From positions 181,848,001 to 181,912,000 of the forward strand of contig NC_086097.1 in the NCBI RefSeq assembly GCF_963921235.1: a stretch of 64,000 nucleotides of DNA, in the 5' to 3' direction. The translations under genes were made by a program, and so were the position numbers. The notes below the pieces were generated by a model, which was not told where the DNA came from, made no database searches, and saw only the letters and a program-made list of their open reading frames with translations. Below are positions 1 to 12,267 of the stretch, in pieces (within the stretch, counting starts at the first letter, position 1; each line of letters starts with the position of its first letter). The DNA comes from Mobula hypostoma. Lineage: Eukaryota.

Positions 1-780
1 TATAACTTTCTGTAGTGCATCTACAGGATTTTGAGAGAATCCTTGGGGACGGACAGAATCTTAACAGTTGCCAAAGAAAGTGATAATGCTGTTGCACTTC
101 TTGATCACTGTGTTGGTGTGAAGGGACCAGATGAAATTGCTGGTGATATGGATTCCAGAGAACTTGAATTTTTGACCTCTCCAGCAGCTCAGTTGATGAG
201 GATGGAGTTGTGTACAGCCCTCACTTCCTTCGATCAACAACCAGCTGTTTCATCTTGCTGATGCAAAGGATTGGTTTGTTCTGGATACAAAGTTTATGAT
301 CTTTTTCTTGTACTCCATCGCATCATTGTTGATCTGGCCAATGACAGTGATGAACTTAAAGATCAAAGTGCTGTTTCTGGCCACAAAGTCATGGGTATGC
401 AGGGAGCAGAGCAGCGGATTGAGCACAACTTGAGGATCTCTAGTATTGAGGAGCAATGTGAATGAAATGTTATGACCAATTCTAACTGAGGTTTGCCGGT
501 CAGAAGTCAAGAAGCCAGTTGGAGATGGGGGCCTCCAAGGCCAAGGTTGAAGAGTTTTAAAATGAGCTTATTAGGTTTAATAGTGTTGAAGGCTGAGCTG
601 TAGTCAATGATTAGGGTCCCGACAAATAGATTCCTGTTGTCTTGGTGATCCATAGCTGACAACAGTGCAAGGACAGTGGCATCTTCCACAGATCTATTTT
701 TCTTGCAAGCAAATTGCAAGGGGTCAATATTGTATGGGAGGCTGGTGCTGATGTGGACCATGAGTAATCATTCCCTAAGG
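1..780 (-). mobile_element. Degenerate Rex1/Babar-clade LINE RT fragment
   Basis: Minus ORFs 507..761 and 250..510 give DPLQFA, RSVEDA, IIDYSSAFNTI and LNPLLCSLHTHD, which are Rex1-type RT motifs; frameshifted. Confidence 0.8.
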
Positions 781-904
781 GTTTCCTCCTGATAGTCCAA
801 AATTACATCATCAGTCCTTAACAGAAATCATGTATTGCAAGTTAAAAACAAACTAATACCTTCAGGTAGATCGTGTTGTTTCATAGTTGAACATATTTAT
901 CCAG

Positions 905-1480
905 GGCTTAGACATACTGGAGGATCCCACTGTCAGAGTGAAATATTTAAGAGGAACCCCAGAGGTTCCCCTTAAACATTACACTTTTCACCCTTAATCT
1001 ATGTCCTCTAGTTCTAATCTCACCCAACCGGGGAAGAAGCCTGCTTTGTATTTGCCCAATTTATACCACTCATCATTTTTTATACCCCTATCAAATCTCC
1101 CCTCATTCTCCTGTGTTCCAGGGAATGAAGTTGTTACCTATTCAGCCTTTCCTGATAGCTCAGGTTATCAAGTCCCAGAAACATTCTTGTAAATTTTTTA
1201 TTTTGTGCAGGTAGGTTACCGGAATTGCGCACAGTATTTCAAATTCTGCCTCACCAACATCTTGTTCATAACAGCTCAACAGCTCCTGTATTTAATGCCC
1301 TGATTTATGAAGGCCAGTGTGGTAATAACTCTCTTTATGATGTCATCTACCTGTGACATCACTTCCAAGGAATCATGGATCTGTATTCCCAGATCCCTTT
1401 GTTCGACTGCACACTTCAGAGCCCTACCATCCACTCTGTAAATCCTAACTTGGTTTGTCTTGTCAAAGAGCAACACCTTA
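905..1480 (-). mobile_element. CR1 LINE 3' fragment (old)
   Basis: Minus translation includes EQRDLGIQIHDSLEV...LAFINQGIKYRS, matching the C-terminal part of the CR1 ORF2 at 17463..20399. Confidence 0.75.
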
Positions 1481-1499
1481 CTCGTTCCACCTGGACAAG

Positions 1500-2370
1500 T
1501 AGGTACCTCCGTCTGCAACTGGATCCTTGACTTCTTCACGGGACACAACAATCTGTGCAGATCAGAAATAACTTCTCCTTGCTGACAATCCACGCTGGCA
1601 TACCTCAAGGATGCATGCTTAGCCCAATACTTTACTCTTTCTATACTCACAACTGTGTGGCATGGCACAGCTCAAACACTTCCTGTAAATTTGCCAACAA
1701 TACAATTATCGTTGGCAGAGTTTTGGATGGTGATGAGGAGGAGAGATAGATCAGCTGATTGACTGGTGCTGTAACAACAACCTTGCACTCAACTTCAGTC
1801 AGGTCAAGGAATTGATTGTAGACTTCAGGAAGGGGAGGTTGAGGGAACACACACCAGTTCTCATCAAGAGATCATCAGTGGGTAGAGTAAGCACTTGCAA
1901 GTTCCTGTGTGTCAGCATCTTGAAAATCTATCTCAGGCCCATTATACTGATGCAATTACAAAGAAGGCATGACAACAGCTATATTTCATTAGGAGTTTGA
2001 GGAGGCTTGGTGTGGTGAGTAGTCGAACTGGTTGCATCATTGTCTGGTGTGGAGGGCCCACTGAATAGGATCTGAAAAAGTTGCAGAAAGTTGCTAACTC
2101 TGCCTGCTCCATTGTGGACACTAGCCTCCCCAGTATAGAGTACACCTTCAAAAGGTGATGCCTCAGAAAGGTGACAAGCATTATTAAGGACCCTCATCAT
2201 CCAGGAAATACCCTCTTGTTGCTACAATGAATCAGAAGGTACAGGAGATGAAGACCCACACTCAACATTTCAGGAACAGCTTCTTCCCCTCCGCCATCAG
2301 ATTTCTGAATGGTCAATGAACACATGAAAACTATTTTATTTCCTTTTCTGCTTGCACTGCGTATTTAGTT
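1500..2370 (+). mobile_element. Rex1/Babar LINE 3' fragment
   Basis: CNWILDF, GIPQGCMLSPILYSFYTHNC, KFANNTIIVG and MIVDFRKG motifs; similar to 14271-15305. Confidence 0.8.
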
Positions 2371-2384
2371 TTATATATTCCTCT

Positions 2385-2720
2385 CTCCTCTTCTATCAGG
2401 CAGAGAATACAAAAGCCTGAAGGCACTTATCATTTGGCTCAAGGACAGTTTCTTACCCCACTGTTATAAGACTTGAATGGATCCTAGGTACAATAAGGTG
2501 ATACGAGAAAACCATTCTCTTGATCTTACAATTTACATCGTTATGATCTTGCATGGCACTTTCTCTGTAGCTGTTGCACTTTATTCTGCATTTCGTTATT
2601 GTTTTACTTTGCTTTACCTCAATGCACTGTGTAATAATTTGTTTTGCGTGAAGAGTTTGCATAACAGGCTTTTCACTGTATCTCTGTTCATGTGATAATA
2701 AAGCAATTCCAATTCCAATT
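2385..2720 (+). mobile_element. Rex1-type 3' end with microsatellite tail
   Basis: End-of-ORF sequence (KDSFLP-like), then a 3' UTR ending aataaagcaattccaattccaatt. Confidence 0.6.
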
Positions 2721-3943
2721 ATCTGGGCAAATGGAAGATTATTGTGGAAGATTAAGAAGGATGTTGGTACATACTTTGCTTTAGTGTTCCTGTGGCAGGG
2801 TTTGGTGGAATTGCACTACCACATACCCCTTGGAAGTTGGCATTGTGATTCTTTTTTACCACTGGTGTTACTACCATACAGAATTTGGATGCAGATGAGC
2901 AATGTTTTTATTGGTATGGCTGGGGAGTGGGGTTAAGCTGTTTTTTAAAAATAAATCTGAGGTGAACATCTCAGACAAAAGAATGCATGCTGAAACAATT
3001 AGCTGCCCAAGCAGCTTCCATAACAAGAGGAAGCTCCTAGGTTTTGTCAGACCTGTCTTCAGCTATTGAAAGTTTCCTGTATTTTTAAACATCTTAGACA
3101 AAGTCGACCGTGTTTGACATCTGATGTTTTTTGAAGAGTGCTGTGAGTAAGAATGCATAAGGTGCCTTTACCATTTCTTTCATTTTAGCTGCCTTGTACT
3201 ACGTCTGCTTTTTTGATGGCAGTTTCCCCATGCAGTACTCTTTAACCTCTAAAACCTGCTTGTTACTGGTGGTGCCAGGATGTGTGTTGGGCTCTTGCTT
3301 GCATCTTCTGGTACTTGTTTAATTTAGAACCATGTCTAAAACTGGTTACAAACTTGGTCAAAAGATTACCATTTTTTTTCTTTTATTTTCCCTTGGAGTG
3401 TTAATCTCTTTACAAACCTTTCTGCAGAGTCTGCTACACGTGTAATATTTTGAGGTTGTGGTTTAATGGTCCTCTTGTGTTCCTTGGGGAACATTTGAAA
3501 TTGCTTCTGCTGCCTATGTGGACTTGAATAGTCATCTTTCCAAAATCCTAATGACACTGCTGGGAAGGTCTCAAATAATCAGTGTTCACCGTGTCTGTTT
3601 AATGTGATGAGAAGAGAGTCTTATGAGAAGAGTTTTATTGGTGCTTTGAGTATTTTGCAACATTTGACTTTTAAAGTGTCCCAGGATTTTGAATGAGTTG
3701 GGGACAGAGTTCCATGCAGCTTTATGTTTGTTACCTGCTCTCACTGTTGTGTAACTGTATGGACAGAGACTCAAGTTAAGGCTCTGATAATAAGGTGAAG
3801 ATAGAGGGAGATAGAAGAATATCTTTTCTTGAGAATCTATACTGAAAATGTATGGTGCTGGTACTTGAAGGCTTTATTCAATATTGTTGTCGTGTAACAT
3901 TCCCCCTTTATGTTTATTTGAACTGTGAAATCAATTTGTAAAT

Positions 3944-4140
3944 GAGAAAGTCAGATTGGATTTTATTGTCACAGAGAAAGTCAGATTGGATTTTATTGTC
4001 AAATACACCAGTGCATGTATGCACAAGTGCAATAAAAAACTCGCAGCAAATTCATAGGCTTGTAGCATCATGTAAGCAACATTTATGAGACCAAATTGCA
4101 TGTAAATTATACACAACTTTTACAAGAGAGAACATATTAC
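3944..4140 (-). mobile_element. Short LINE 3'-tail remnant with a tandem-duplicated end
   Basis: gagaaagtcagattggattttattgtca occurs twice (3944-3971, 3974-4001) at a gacaataaa-type tail. Confidence 0.55.
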
Positions 4141-4399
4141 AGCTTTTGCAATTCAACATTTCTGTTGTCCTATTCTAAATTAGGTTTGAGTGACATTGCA
4201 TGAAATACTAGTGGTTGAACGTGGAACAGTACAGCACAGTGCAGGCCCTTCAGCTTATGGTGTTGAGCCGACCTTTAAAACTACTCCAAAATCAATCTTG
4301 CCCTTTCCTCCTACATAGCTCTCCATTTTATTTTCACATCCACCAAAGATTTTTTAAAATCTCCCTCTACTTTCTACTTCACGTGCATTTGGCAATGCA

Positions 4400-4687
4400 G
4401 ACAGAGGTACAGCTAGTCGAGCTGCTGCTTCACAGCACCAGAGCTTTCCATACGATCCTGACCTTCTCTGCTGTCTGTATGGAGTTTTCACGTTCCCTGG
4501 GGCCCTGCTTTTCTCCCACATGCTAAAGATGAGTGGATTGGTAGGTAGATTGGCCATTCTGTGTTGTCCTTGGTATATAAGCAAGTAGTTGGAGTTGTGG
4601 GGTGAATTTTAAAAAAAGATTAATGTAGGTTTACTATCAATGTGTGGTGGATGGCCGGCATAGATCTTGTAAGCTGAAGAACCCGTT
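4400..4687 (+). mobile_element. V-SINE-like element with CR1-type tail, split by a PLE insertion
   Basis: tRNA-like head, then V-domain-like atggagttttcacgttccc...ttttctcccacatgctaaaga. The tail resumes at about 5535-5570. Degenerate duplication aagaacccgtt (4677-4687) / aagaacctatt (5535-5545). Confidence 0.65.
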
Positions 4688-5534
4688 AATAACACACACA
4701 AAATGCTGTAGGAACTCAGCAGGTCAGGCAGCATTCATGGAAAAGAGGAAACAGTCGACGTTTCGAGCCAGGGCCCCTCCAGGACTGGGAAGGAAGGGGG
4801 AAGATGCCTGATTTAAAAAAAAGTGAGGGGAGGGTAAAGAGGCTAGCTGGAAGGTGATAGGTGAAGCCAGGTGGGTGGGTAAGGTCAAGGGCTGAAGAAG
4901 AAAATATCTGATGGGCGAGGAGAGTGGACACCAGGAGAAAGGGAAGGAAGAGGGGACCGGGGGGAAGTAATAGGCAGGTGAGAAGAAGTGGAGGGTCAGG
5001 GTGGGGAATAGAGGGGGTGAGGAATTTCTTCACTTAAAGGAGGAATTGATATTCATGCCATCAGTGGGAGATAAGCAGTTGGAATATAAGGTGTTGCTCC
5101 TCCACCCTGAGGGTGGCCTCATCTTGGCACAAGAGGAGGCCATGGATTGACAAGTCGGAATGGGAATTAAAATGTTTGGCCACTGGGAAGTCATACTTGT
5201 GGCATGTGGTGTGGAGGTGCTGGATGAAGTGGTCCCCCAGTTTACAATGGGTTTCTCCATTGTAGAGGAGGCCACATTGGGAGCATTGGATACATTTGAT
5301 GACCCCAGCAGATTCGCAGGTGAAGTGTTACTTCACCTGTAAGGACTGTTTGGAACCCTGCATGGAGATGGAGGAGGAAGTGTACAGGCACGTGTAGCTC
5401 TTATGCCACTTGCAGGGATAAATGCCAGGAAGATGAATGGACAAGGGAATTGCGGAGGGAGAAAGTGGAGGGGGGGAGGTAAAGATATGTTTAGTGGTAG
5501 GATCTCTTTGGAGGTGGCACACGTTGTGGAGGAT
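4688..5534 (-). mobile_element. Penelope-like element 3' fragment (GIY-YIG region and terminal repeat)
   Basis: Homologous to 55240-56213: HLQRDPTTKHIF and YPCKWHKSYTC; terminal repeat with a degenerate hammerhead at about 4752-4787. Confidence 0.85.
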
Positions 5535-5764
5535 AAGAACCTATTTCAGTGCTGTATCTTTCTGACTCTCTACGCTTAAATTGTCCTCATGTAGATGAGT
5601 GTAACCTCTTTCCAGGTTTCAGATCAAACTTACTTGCACCAATGGAAAATCTACCATAAGGCATTGTTTTAAGATGTGATCTAAAAATAAGTTTTGCTTT
5701 AGGTATCTCATAGAATCTTGGAATTAGAGAAGCAATGCCTTCTACGCTAATCCCATTTGTCCCA

Positions 5765-6175
5765 CACAAGGCCCTTTATCCTTCTACACCTTTCTGAACT
5801 AAGCACTTGCATAAGCACCTTCTAAACATTGTAATTGTATCTGTCTCCACCACCTCAGTGGAAAATCTCCCCTCAGATCTCCTATAAATTTCTTGCTTCT
5901 CATCTTTAATCCTGTGCCGCCTTGTTCCCTGCCTTGAGGGGGAAAAAAGACTATTCTAGATATACCCCTCAGAATTTTCTCAACCTCTATCAGGTCACCC
6001 TTTGGCCTCCAACGTTCCAGTGAGAATAAACCCAGCCTATCCATTTTTCTCTTTAAAACTCCATCCCTCCATTCAGGTAACATCCTGGTGAATCTCTACT
6101 GCACTGTTTCTAATGCCTTCCTGTAAGTGTAGTGACTGGAAATGTACACAGTACTCCCAACTGCAGCCGAATCAG
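5765..6175 (-). mobile_element. Old CR1 3' fragment
   Basis: ORF 5799..6083 RLGLFSLERWRPKGDLIEVEKILRG. Confidence 0.75.
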
Positions 6176-6867
6176 TGTAACACACTGTGCAATGTTTCAG
6201 TACTCAACAGGTGCAAACATTTTTAAATACGACTTTGATACTGTTGCAAATCAGCATCAATGCTTATGGAGAAATACTGCAATTCTTACAAACATAGAGC
6301 CAGTTGAATTTTCAGAGCTTTTTTGAAGACCTCGTATGGTTGCAGTTCGTAGAACCTATCACTGGAAATTAATTTGAATGAGAATTGTGAACTTGTGAAT
6401 GAGGTGATTTTTGTTTTAATATATTCTAGTGAGAAATATTAGAAGATCAAGTTATGCTGGACATGATTTAAGATTGAAATTGCACTTGTACACTAGTTTT
6501 GTCTATTTTTGATCATGCTGCACAGGAATTAATAGTAGGATTCATCAGAGATGTATTTTTTTTTACAGTTAAAAGCAATATATGTAAGGGAGTCCAGACC
6601 AATACACTTAAATTGTTTGGTTTTGCTCAGTTTTTATTGAGCATTCTGAAACCTCCATTTGATGACTCAAGTTCTCTGGAGCCTGCTGCACTAGTTTGAA
6701 TTGAACCACTATTCTGATGAAGTGCTCCTGATCAGCTACTTTAATTAAAATGGCTAGTGATTTGAAAATTGGGTGCATCTGGGACAAGGAGAGCTGGTTC
6801 TTAATATAAAAATGTGTCACAGTTACCTTAATTTGTTGAAGGGTATGGTGTAAACTTTTGTCTAATA

Positions 6868-7673
6868 AAGTGATTTCTGGTTAATTGGGCATTGGTTAAT
6901 TGAGGCAGTTGCTTATTTGGGATATCTCTTAAAGAACAATAACTAATCAAGAGAACAGCCAGGATTCCCTTTGTTTATTTGGGGCACTGTGCCGCTTAAT
7001 TGGGACAGGAGAACTGTTGCCGAACAGTGTCTAACGAGCATCAAACATGCAAGTTTGTGGCAGTTAGACACTGAACTGTGTTTAGAGTGAACAGCTTTTA
7101 AATAGTGTAAGTTCAAAAAACAGTGTAACTGATATTCGGCAAGAAATAAGCAGTAAGACAATTCAGAACTGCTTTGTTCATTGCAGTTTCAAGCATCCAG
7201 GCTTGGAGATGCCAGAAATGGCTTGGAGTGAAAATGAAACAATTTCACCACCGTAAATTGGGAACTATGAATATTTTGAAGGTATTGACAATCATTTTGA
7301 ATGTTACAGTGCAAATGAAGATTTGGAGGGTGCAGTTGTCGATAGCATTGTATGAAGAAAGTCCATTAATCGCACTTCGTGTCTGCACTGATTTTGTTCA
7401 TTTACAGCCAATCAAAAGAATGCAGCAATGTCTGCTGGATTAATTCCTCTGTCATACTACAGTTTTATAGTGCTGTAATAGTATTGATAGTGCTCTAATT
7501 TGTACTATATTTCGTTTAAAATGTAATTTTTTAGCTTAATGGTAGTTTGTCTCTTTTGTCTTTTTTTTGTACCTTTTCAACTATTTCCATGAAACTTTGG
7601 CGAATTGGGGCAGCTGCTTCATTGGACCAAAATGTTCTGGTCCTGATGTGTCCCAGTTAACCAGAATCCACTG
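6868..7673. mobile_element. Non-autonomous Tc1/mariner (Tigger/pogo-like) DNA transposon
   Basis: Imperfect TIRs aagtgatttctggttaattggg / cccagttaaccagaatccactg, flanked by TA on both sides (6866-67, 7674-75). A related copy lies at 43015-44045. Confidence 0.7.
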
Positions 7674-7845
7674 TATTTTGTTTCCAAAGCCAATGTGTTG
7701 GGTATTTCTGGGTCGTTGAAACATTTCTTTTGGAACTCCAATCACAAACAAGAGAAAATCTGCAGCATCTCAGCCCAAAGCGTCAACCATATTCTTTCCC
7801 ATAGATTTGAAGAACTATCCATTTGCAAAGGAGTATTAGATCTAA

Positions 7846-8237
7846 ATCACAAACAGGAGAATCGGCAGATGCTGCAAATCTAAGCAACACGCGAAATGCT
7901 GTAGGAACTCAGCAGGCCAGGCAGCACCTATGGAAAAGAGTAAACAGTTGACATTTCAGTTCAGAGCGAGACCCTTCATCAAGACTGGGGAAAAAAGATG
8001 AGAAGGAGGTTGGGGGGAGGGGAAGAAGGAGAATAAGATAGTAGGTGATAGGTGAAACTGGGAGAGGTGAAGGGGTGAAATAAAGAGAGAAATGACTGGA
8101 GAAGGAAGAATCTGATAGGAGAGGACAGAAAATCACGGTAGAAAGTGAAGGGGGAGGAGAACTGGAGGGAGGTGATGGGCAGGTAAGGAGATAATGTGAG
8201 AGAGGGGAATGGTGGAGGGGGGCAGCATTACAGGAAG
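7846..8237 (-). mobile_element. Penelope-like element terminal repeat (left half of a PLE split by CR1)
   Basis: Terminal repeat with a mutated hammerhead (about 7945-7987). It ends ...ttacaggaag, and the PLE continues at 12268 tcgagaaatcgatg; the unsplit form is at 34788-34815. Confidence 0.85.
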
Positions 8238-8332
8238 AACATAGATCATAGAATAGTACAGCACAGTACAGGCCCTTCAGCCCACAATGTTGTGCCGATC
8301 CTCAAACCCTGCCTCCCATATAAGCCCCCACC

Positions 8333-11201
8333 TTAAATTCCTCCATACCTGTCTAGCAGTCTCTTAAACTTCACTAGCGTATCTGCCTCCACCACTGACT
8401 CAGGCAGTGCATTCCACGCACCAACCACTCTCTGATTAAAAAACTTTCCTCTAATATCCCCCTTGAACTTCCCACCCCTTACCTTAAAGCCATGTCCTCT
8501 TGTATTGAACAGTGGTGCCCTGGGGAAGAGGCGCTGGCTATCCACTCTATGTATTCCTCTTATTATCTTGTACACCTCTATCATGTCTCCTCTCATCCTC
8601 CTTCTCTCCAAAGAGTAAAGCCCTAGCTCCCTTAATCTCTGATCATAATGCATACTTTCTAAACCAGGCAGCATCCTGGTAAATCTCCTCTGTACCCTTT
8701 CCAATGCTTCCACATCCTTCCTATAGTGAGGTGATCAGAACTGGACACAGTACTCCAAGTGTGGCCTAACCAGAGTTTTATAGAGCTGCATCATTACATC
8801 ATGACTCTTAAACTCTATCCCTCGACTTATGAAAGCTAGCACCCCATAAGCTTTCTTAACTACCCTATCCACCTGTGAGGCAACTTTCAGGGATCTGTGG
8901 ACATGTACCCCTAGATCCCTCTGCTCCTCCACACTACCAAGTATCCTGCCATTTACTTTGTACTCTACCTTGGAGTTTGTCCTTCCAAAGTGTACCACCT
9001 AACACTTCTCCGGGTTGAACTCCATCTGCCACTTCTCAGCCCACTTCTGCATCCTATCAATGTCTTTGACAATCCTCTACATTATCTACAACACCACCAA
9101 CCTTTGTGTCGTCTGCAAACTTGCCAACCCACATCCAGGTCGTTAATAAAAATCATGAAAAGTAGAGGTCCCAGAACAGATCCTTGTGGGACACCACTAG
9201 GCACAATCCTCCAATCTGAATGTACTCCCTCCACCACCACCCTCTGCCTTCTGCAGGCAAGCCAATTCTGAATCCACCTGGCAAAACTTCCCTGGATCCC
9301 ATGCCTTCTAACTTTCTGAATAAGCCTACCGTGTGGAGCCTTGTCAAATGCCTTACTAAAATCTGTATAGATCACATGCACTGCACTACCCTCATCTATA
9401 TGCCTGGTCACCTCCTCAAAGAACTCTATCAGGCTTGTTAGACACGATCTGCCCTTTACAAAGCCATGCTGACTGTCCCTGATCAGACCATGATTCTCTA
9501 AATGCCTATAGATCCTATCTCTAAGAATCTTTTCCAACAGCTTTCCCACCACAGACGTAAGGCTCACTGGTCTATAATTACCCGGACGATCCCTACTACC
9601 TTTTTAGAACAACGGGACAACATTCACCTCCCTCCAGTCCTCCGGTACCATTCCCGTGGACAACTAGGACATAAAGATCCTAGCCAGAGGCTCAGCAATC
9701 TCTTCCCTCGCCTTGTGGAGCAGCCTGGGGAATATTCCGTCAGGCCCCGGGGACTTATCTGTCCTAATGTATTTTAACAACTCCAACACCTCCTCTCCCT
9801 TAATATCAACATGCTCCAGAACATCAATCTCACTCATATTGTCCTCACCATCATCAAGTTCCCTCTCATTGGTGAATACCGAAGAGAAGTATTCATTGAG
9901 GACTTCGCTCACTTCCACAGCCTCCAGGCACATCTTCCCACCTTTATCTCTAATCGGTCCTACCTTCACTCCTGTCATCCTTTTTTGCTTCACATAATTG
10001 AAGAATGCCTTGGGGGTTTCCTTTACCCTACTCACCAAGGCCTTCTCATGCTCCCTTCTTGCTCTTCTCAGCCCCTTCTTAAGCTCCTTTCTTGCTTCCC
10101 TATATTCCTCAATAGACTCATCTGGTCCTTGCTTCCTAAACCTCATGTATGCTGCCTTCTTCCACCTGACTAGATTTTCCACCTCACTCGTCACCCGTGG
10201 TTCCTTCACCCTACCACTCTTTATCTTCCTCACCGGGACAAATTTATCCGTAACATCCTGCAAGAGATCTCTAAACATCGACCACATGTCCATAGTACAT
10301 TTCCCTGCAAAAACATCATCCCAATTAAACCCGCAAGTTCTAGCCTTATAGCTTCATAATTTGCCTTTCCCCAATTAAAAATGTTCCTGTCCTCTCTGAT
10401 TTTATCCTTTTCCATGATAATGCTAAAGGCCAGGGAGTGGTGGTCACTGTCCCCCAGATGCTCACCCACTGAGAGATGTGACCTGACCCGGTTCATTACC
10501 TAGTACTGGATCTAGTATGGCATTCCCCCTGGTCGGCCTTTCCACATACTGTGACAGGAATCCGTCCTGGACACACTTAACAAACTCTGCCCCATCTAAA
10601 CCCTTGGAACTAATCAGGTGCCAATCAATATTAAGGAAGTTAAAGTCACCCATGATAACAACCCTGTTATTTTTGCACCTTTCCAAAATCTGCCTCCCAA
10701 TCTGCTCCTTGGTATCTCTGCTGCTACCAGGGGGCCTATAGATAACCCCTAATAGAGTAACTGCTCCCTTCCTGTTCCTGACTTCCACCCATATTGACTC
10801 AAAAGAGGATCCTGCTACATTACCCACCCTTTCTGTAGCTGTAGTAGTATCCCTGACCAGTAATGCCACCCCTCCTCCCCTTTTTCCGCCCTCTCTATCC
10901 CTTTTAAAGCACTGAAATCCAGGAATATTGAGAATCCATTCCTGCCCTGGTGCCAGCCAAGTCTCTGTAATGGCCACTACATTATAATTCCATGTATGTA
11001 TCCAAGCTCTCAGTTCATCACCTTTGTTCCTGATGCTTCTTGCATTGAGGTACACATATTTCAGCCCTTCTACCTTACTGTCTTTACACTGTTTATTCTG
11101 CTTCTCTTTCCTCAAAGCCTCTCTGTATGTTAGATCTGGCTTTACTCCATGCACTTCTTTCACTGCTCTATCGCTCTGGGTCCCATCCCCCTCGCAGATT
11201 A
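8333..11201 (-). pseudogene. CR1 ORF2 (APE endonuclease + reverse transcriptase), multiple frameshifts
   Basis: Fragments [61 protein letters not shown] and RPHLEYCVQF across ORFs 10462..11163, 10230..10496, 9664..10293, 9082..9567, 8735..8998 and 8333..8713. Confidence 0.92.
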
Positions 11202-12140
11202 GTTTAAACCCTCCCGAACCATGCTGGCAAACCTACCTGCAAGGATATTGCTCCCCCTCGAGTTCAGGTGCAACCCATCCAATCTGTACAGGTCCCATCT
11301 TCCCCAGAAGAGATCCCAATGATCCAAAAATCTAAAACCCTGCTCCCTGCACCAACTCCTCAGCCACGCATTCAACTGCCATCTCCTCCAATTTTTACCA
11401 TCACTGTCACGTAGCACTGGCAGCAATCCTGAGAATGCCACCCTTGAGGTCCTGTTCTTCAGCCTTCTGCCTAGTTCCCGAAACTCACACTTCAGGACCT
11501 CATCCCTCTTCCTGCCTATGTCGTTGGTCCCAACATGTATCACAACTTCTGGTTGCTTTCCCTCTCGTACCAGGATGTCGTGCACCCGGTCAGAGACATC
11601 CCGGACCCTGGCACCTGGGAGGCAACAAACCATGCGGCTGTCCTTCTCACGTCCACAAAATCTCCTGTCTGCTCCCCTGACTATAGAGTCTCCAATGACG
11701 ACAGCTCTCCTCTTCTCCGTCCCACCCTTCTGCACCACAGGGTCAGACTCAGTGCCGAAGGCCCTGCCACCGTGGCTCACACCTGGTCGGTCGTCCCCGC
11801 CAACAGTATCCAGGACGGTAAACTTATTATTCAGGGGAATGGCTACAGGGGTGCTCTGCACTACCTGTCTATTCACCTTCGCTTTCCCCCCTCTGACTGT
11901 CACCCAACGACCTGCTTCCGACAGCCTAGGTGTGACTACCTCCCTATAGCTCTCATCTATGACTGCCTCATTCTCCCCTGTGAGTCGAAGGTCATCCAGC
12001 TGCTGCTCCAGATTCCTTACACTGTCTTCCCGATCACCCAGCCGTATGCACTTCTGGCAGATGTGACTCTGCGGGAGAGGGGAGTTCCCCCAAGACTGCC
12101 ACATCTCACATGAGAGGCACATCACCGTCTCAGGAGACAT
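11199..12140 (-). CDS. CR1 ORF1p: CxxC..CxxC zinc finger, coiled coil and SGNH/GDSL esterase
   Basis: Open from ATG 12140 (MSPETVMCLSC...HICQKC), then VRNLEQQLDDL, VIGDSIVRG, IHVGTNDIG and DGLHLN. The ORF track's start at 12239 is a non-ATG codon. Confidence 0.9.
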   Translation of the reverse strand: MSPETVMCLSCEMWQSWGNSPLPQSHICQKCIRLGDREDSVRNLEQQLDDLRLTGENEAVIDESYREVVTPRLSEAGRWVTVRGGKAKVNRQVVQSTPVAIPLNNKFTVLDTVGGDDRPGVSHGGRAFGTESDPVVQKGGTEKRRAVVIGDSIVRGADRRFCGREKDSRMVCCLPGARVRDVSDRVHDILVREGKQPEVVIHVGTNDIGRKRDEVLKCEFRELGRRLKNRTSRVAFSGLLPVLRDSDGKNWRRWQLNAWLRSWCREQGFRFLDHWDLFWGRWDLYRLDGLHLNSRGSNILAGRFASMVREGLN

Positions 12141-12267
12141 TGTAAAAACTAACTGCAAGCAAGCTTGACCTCCGCCTCTTCTCGTTGAAGCCTCTAGAGT
12201 CAAAGCCTCAAAGCTCCACTCCTTCACTGGCCCACTCACTCACTGGCCGTTTTGCTTGAGCTATCCC

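Larger units (their letters stand above)
8238..12267 (-). mobile_element. Full-length CR1 LINE (short 5' UTR, ORF1, disrupted ORF2, 3' tail)
   Basis: ORF1 esterase, APE and RT fragments in colinear order, ttctatg-like tail; both ends are defined by the interrupted PLE. Confidence 0.93.
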
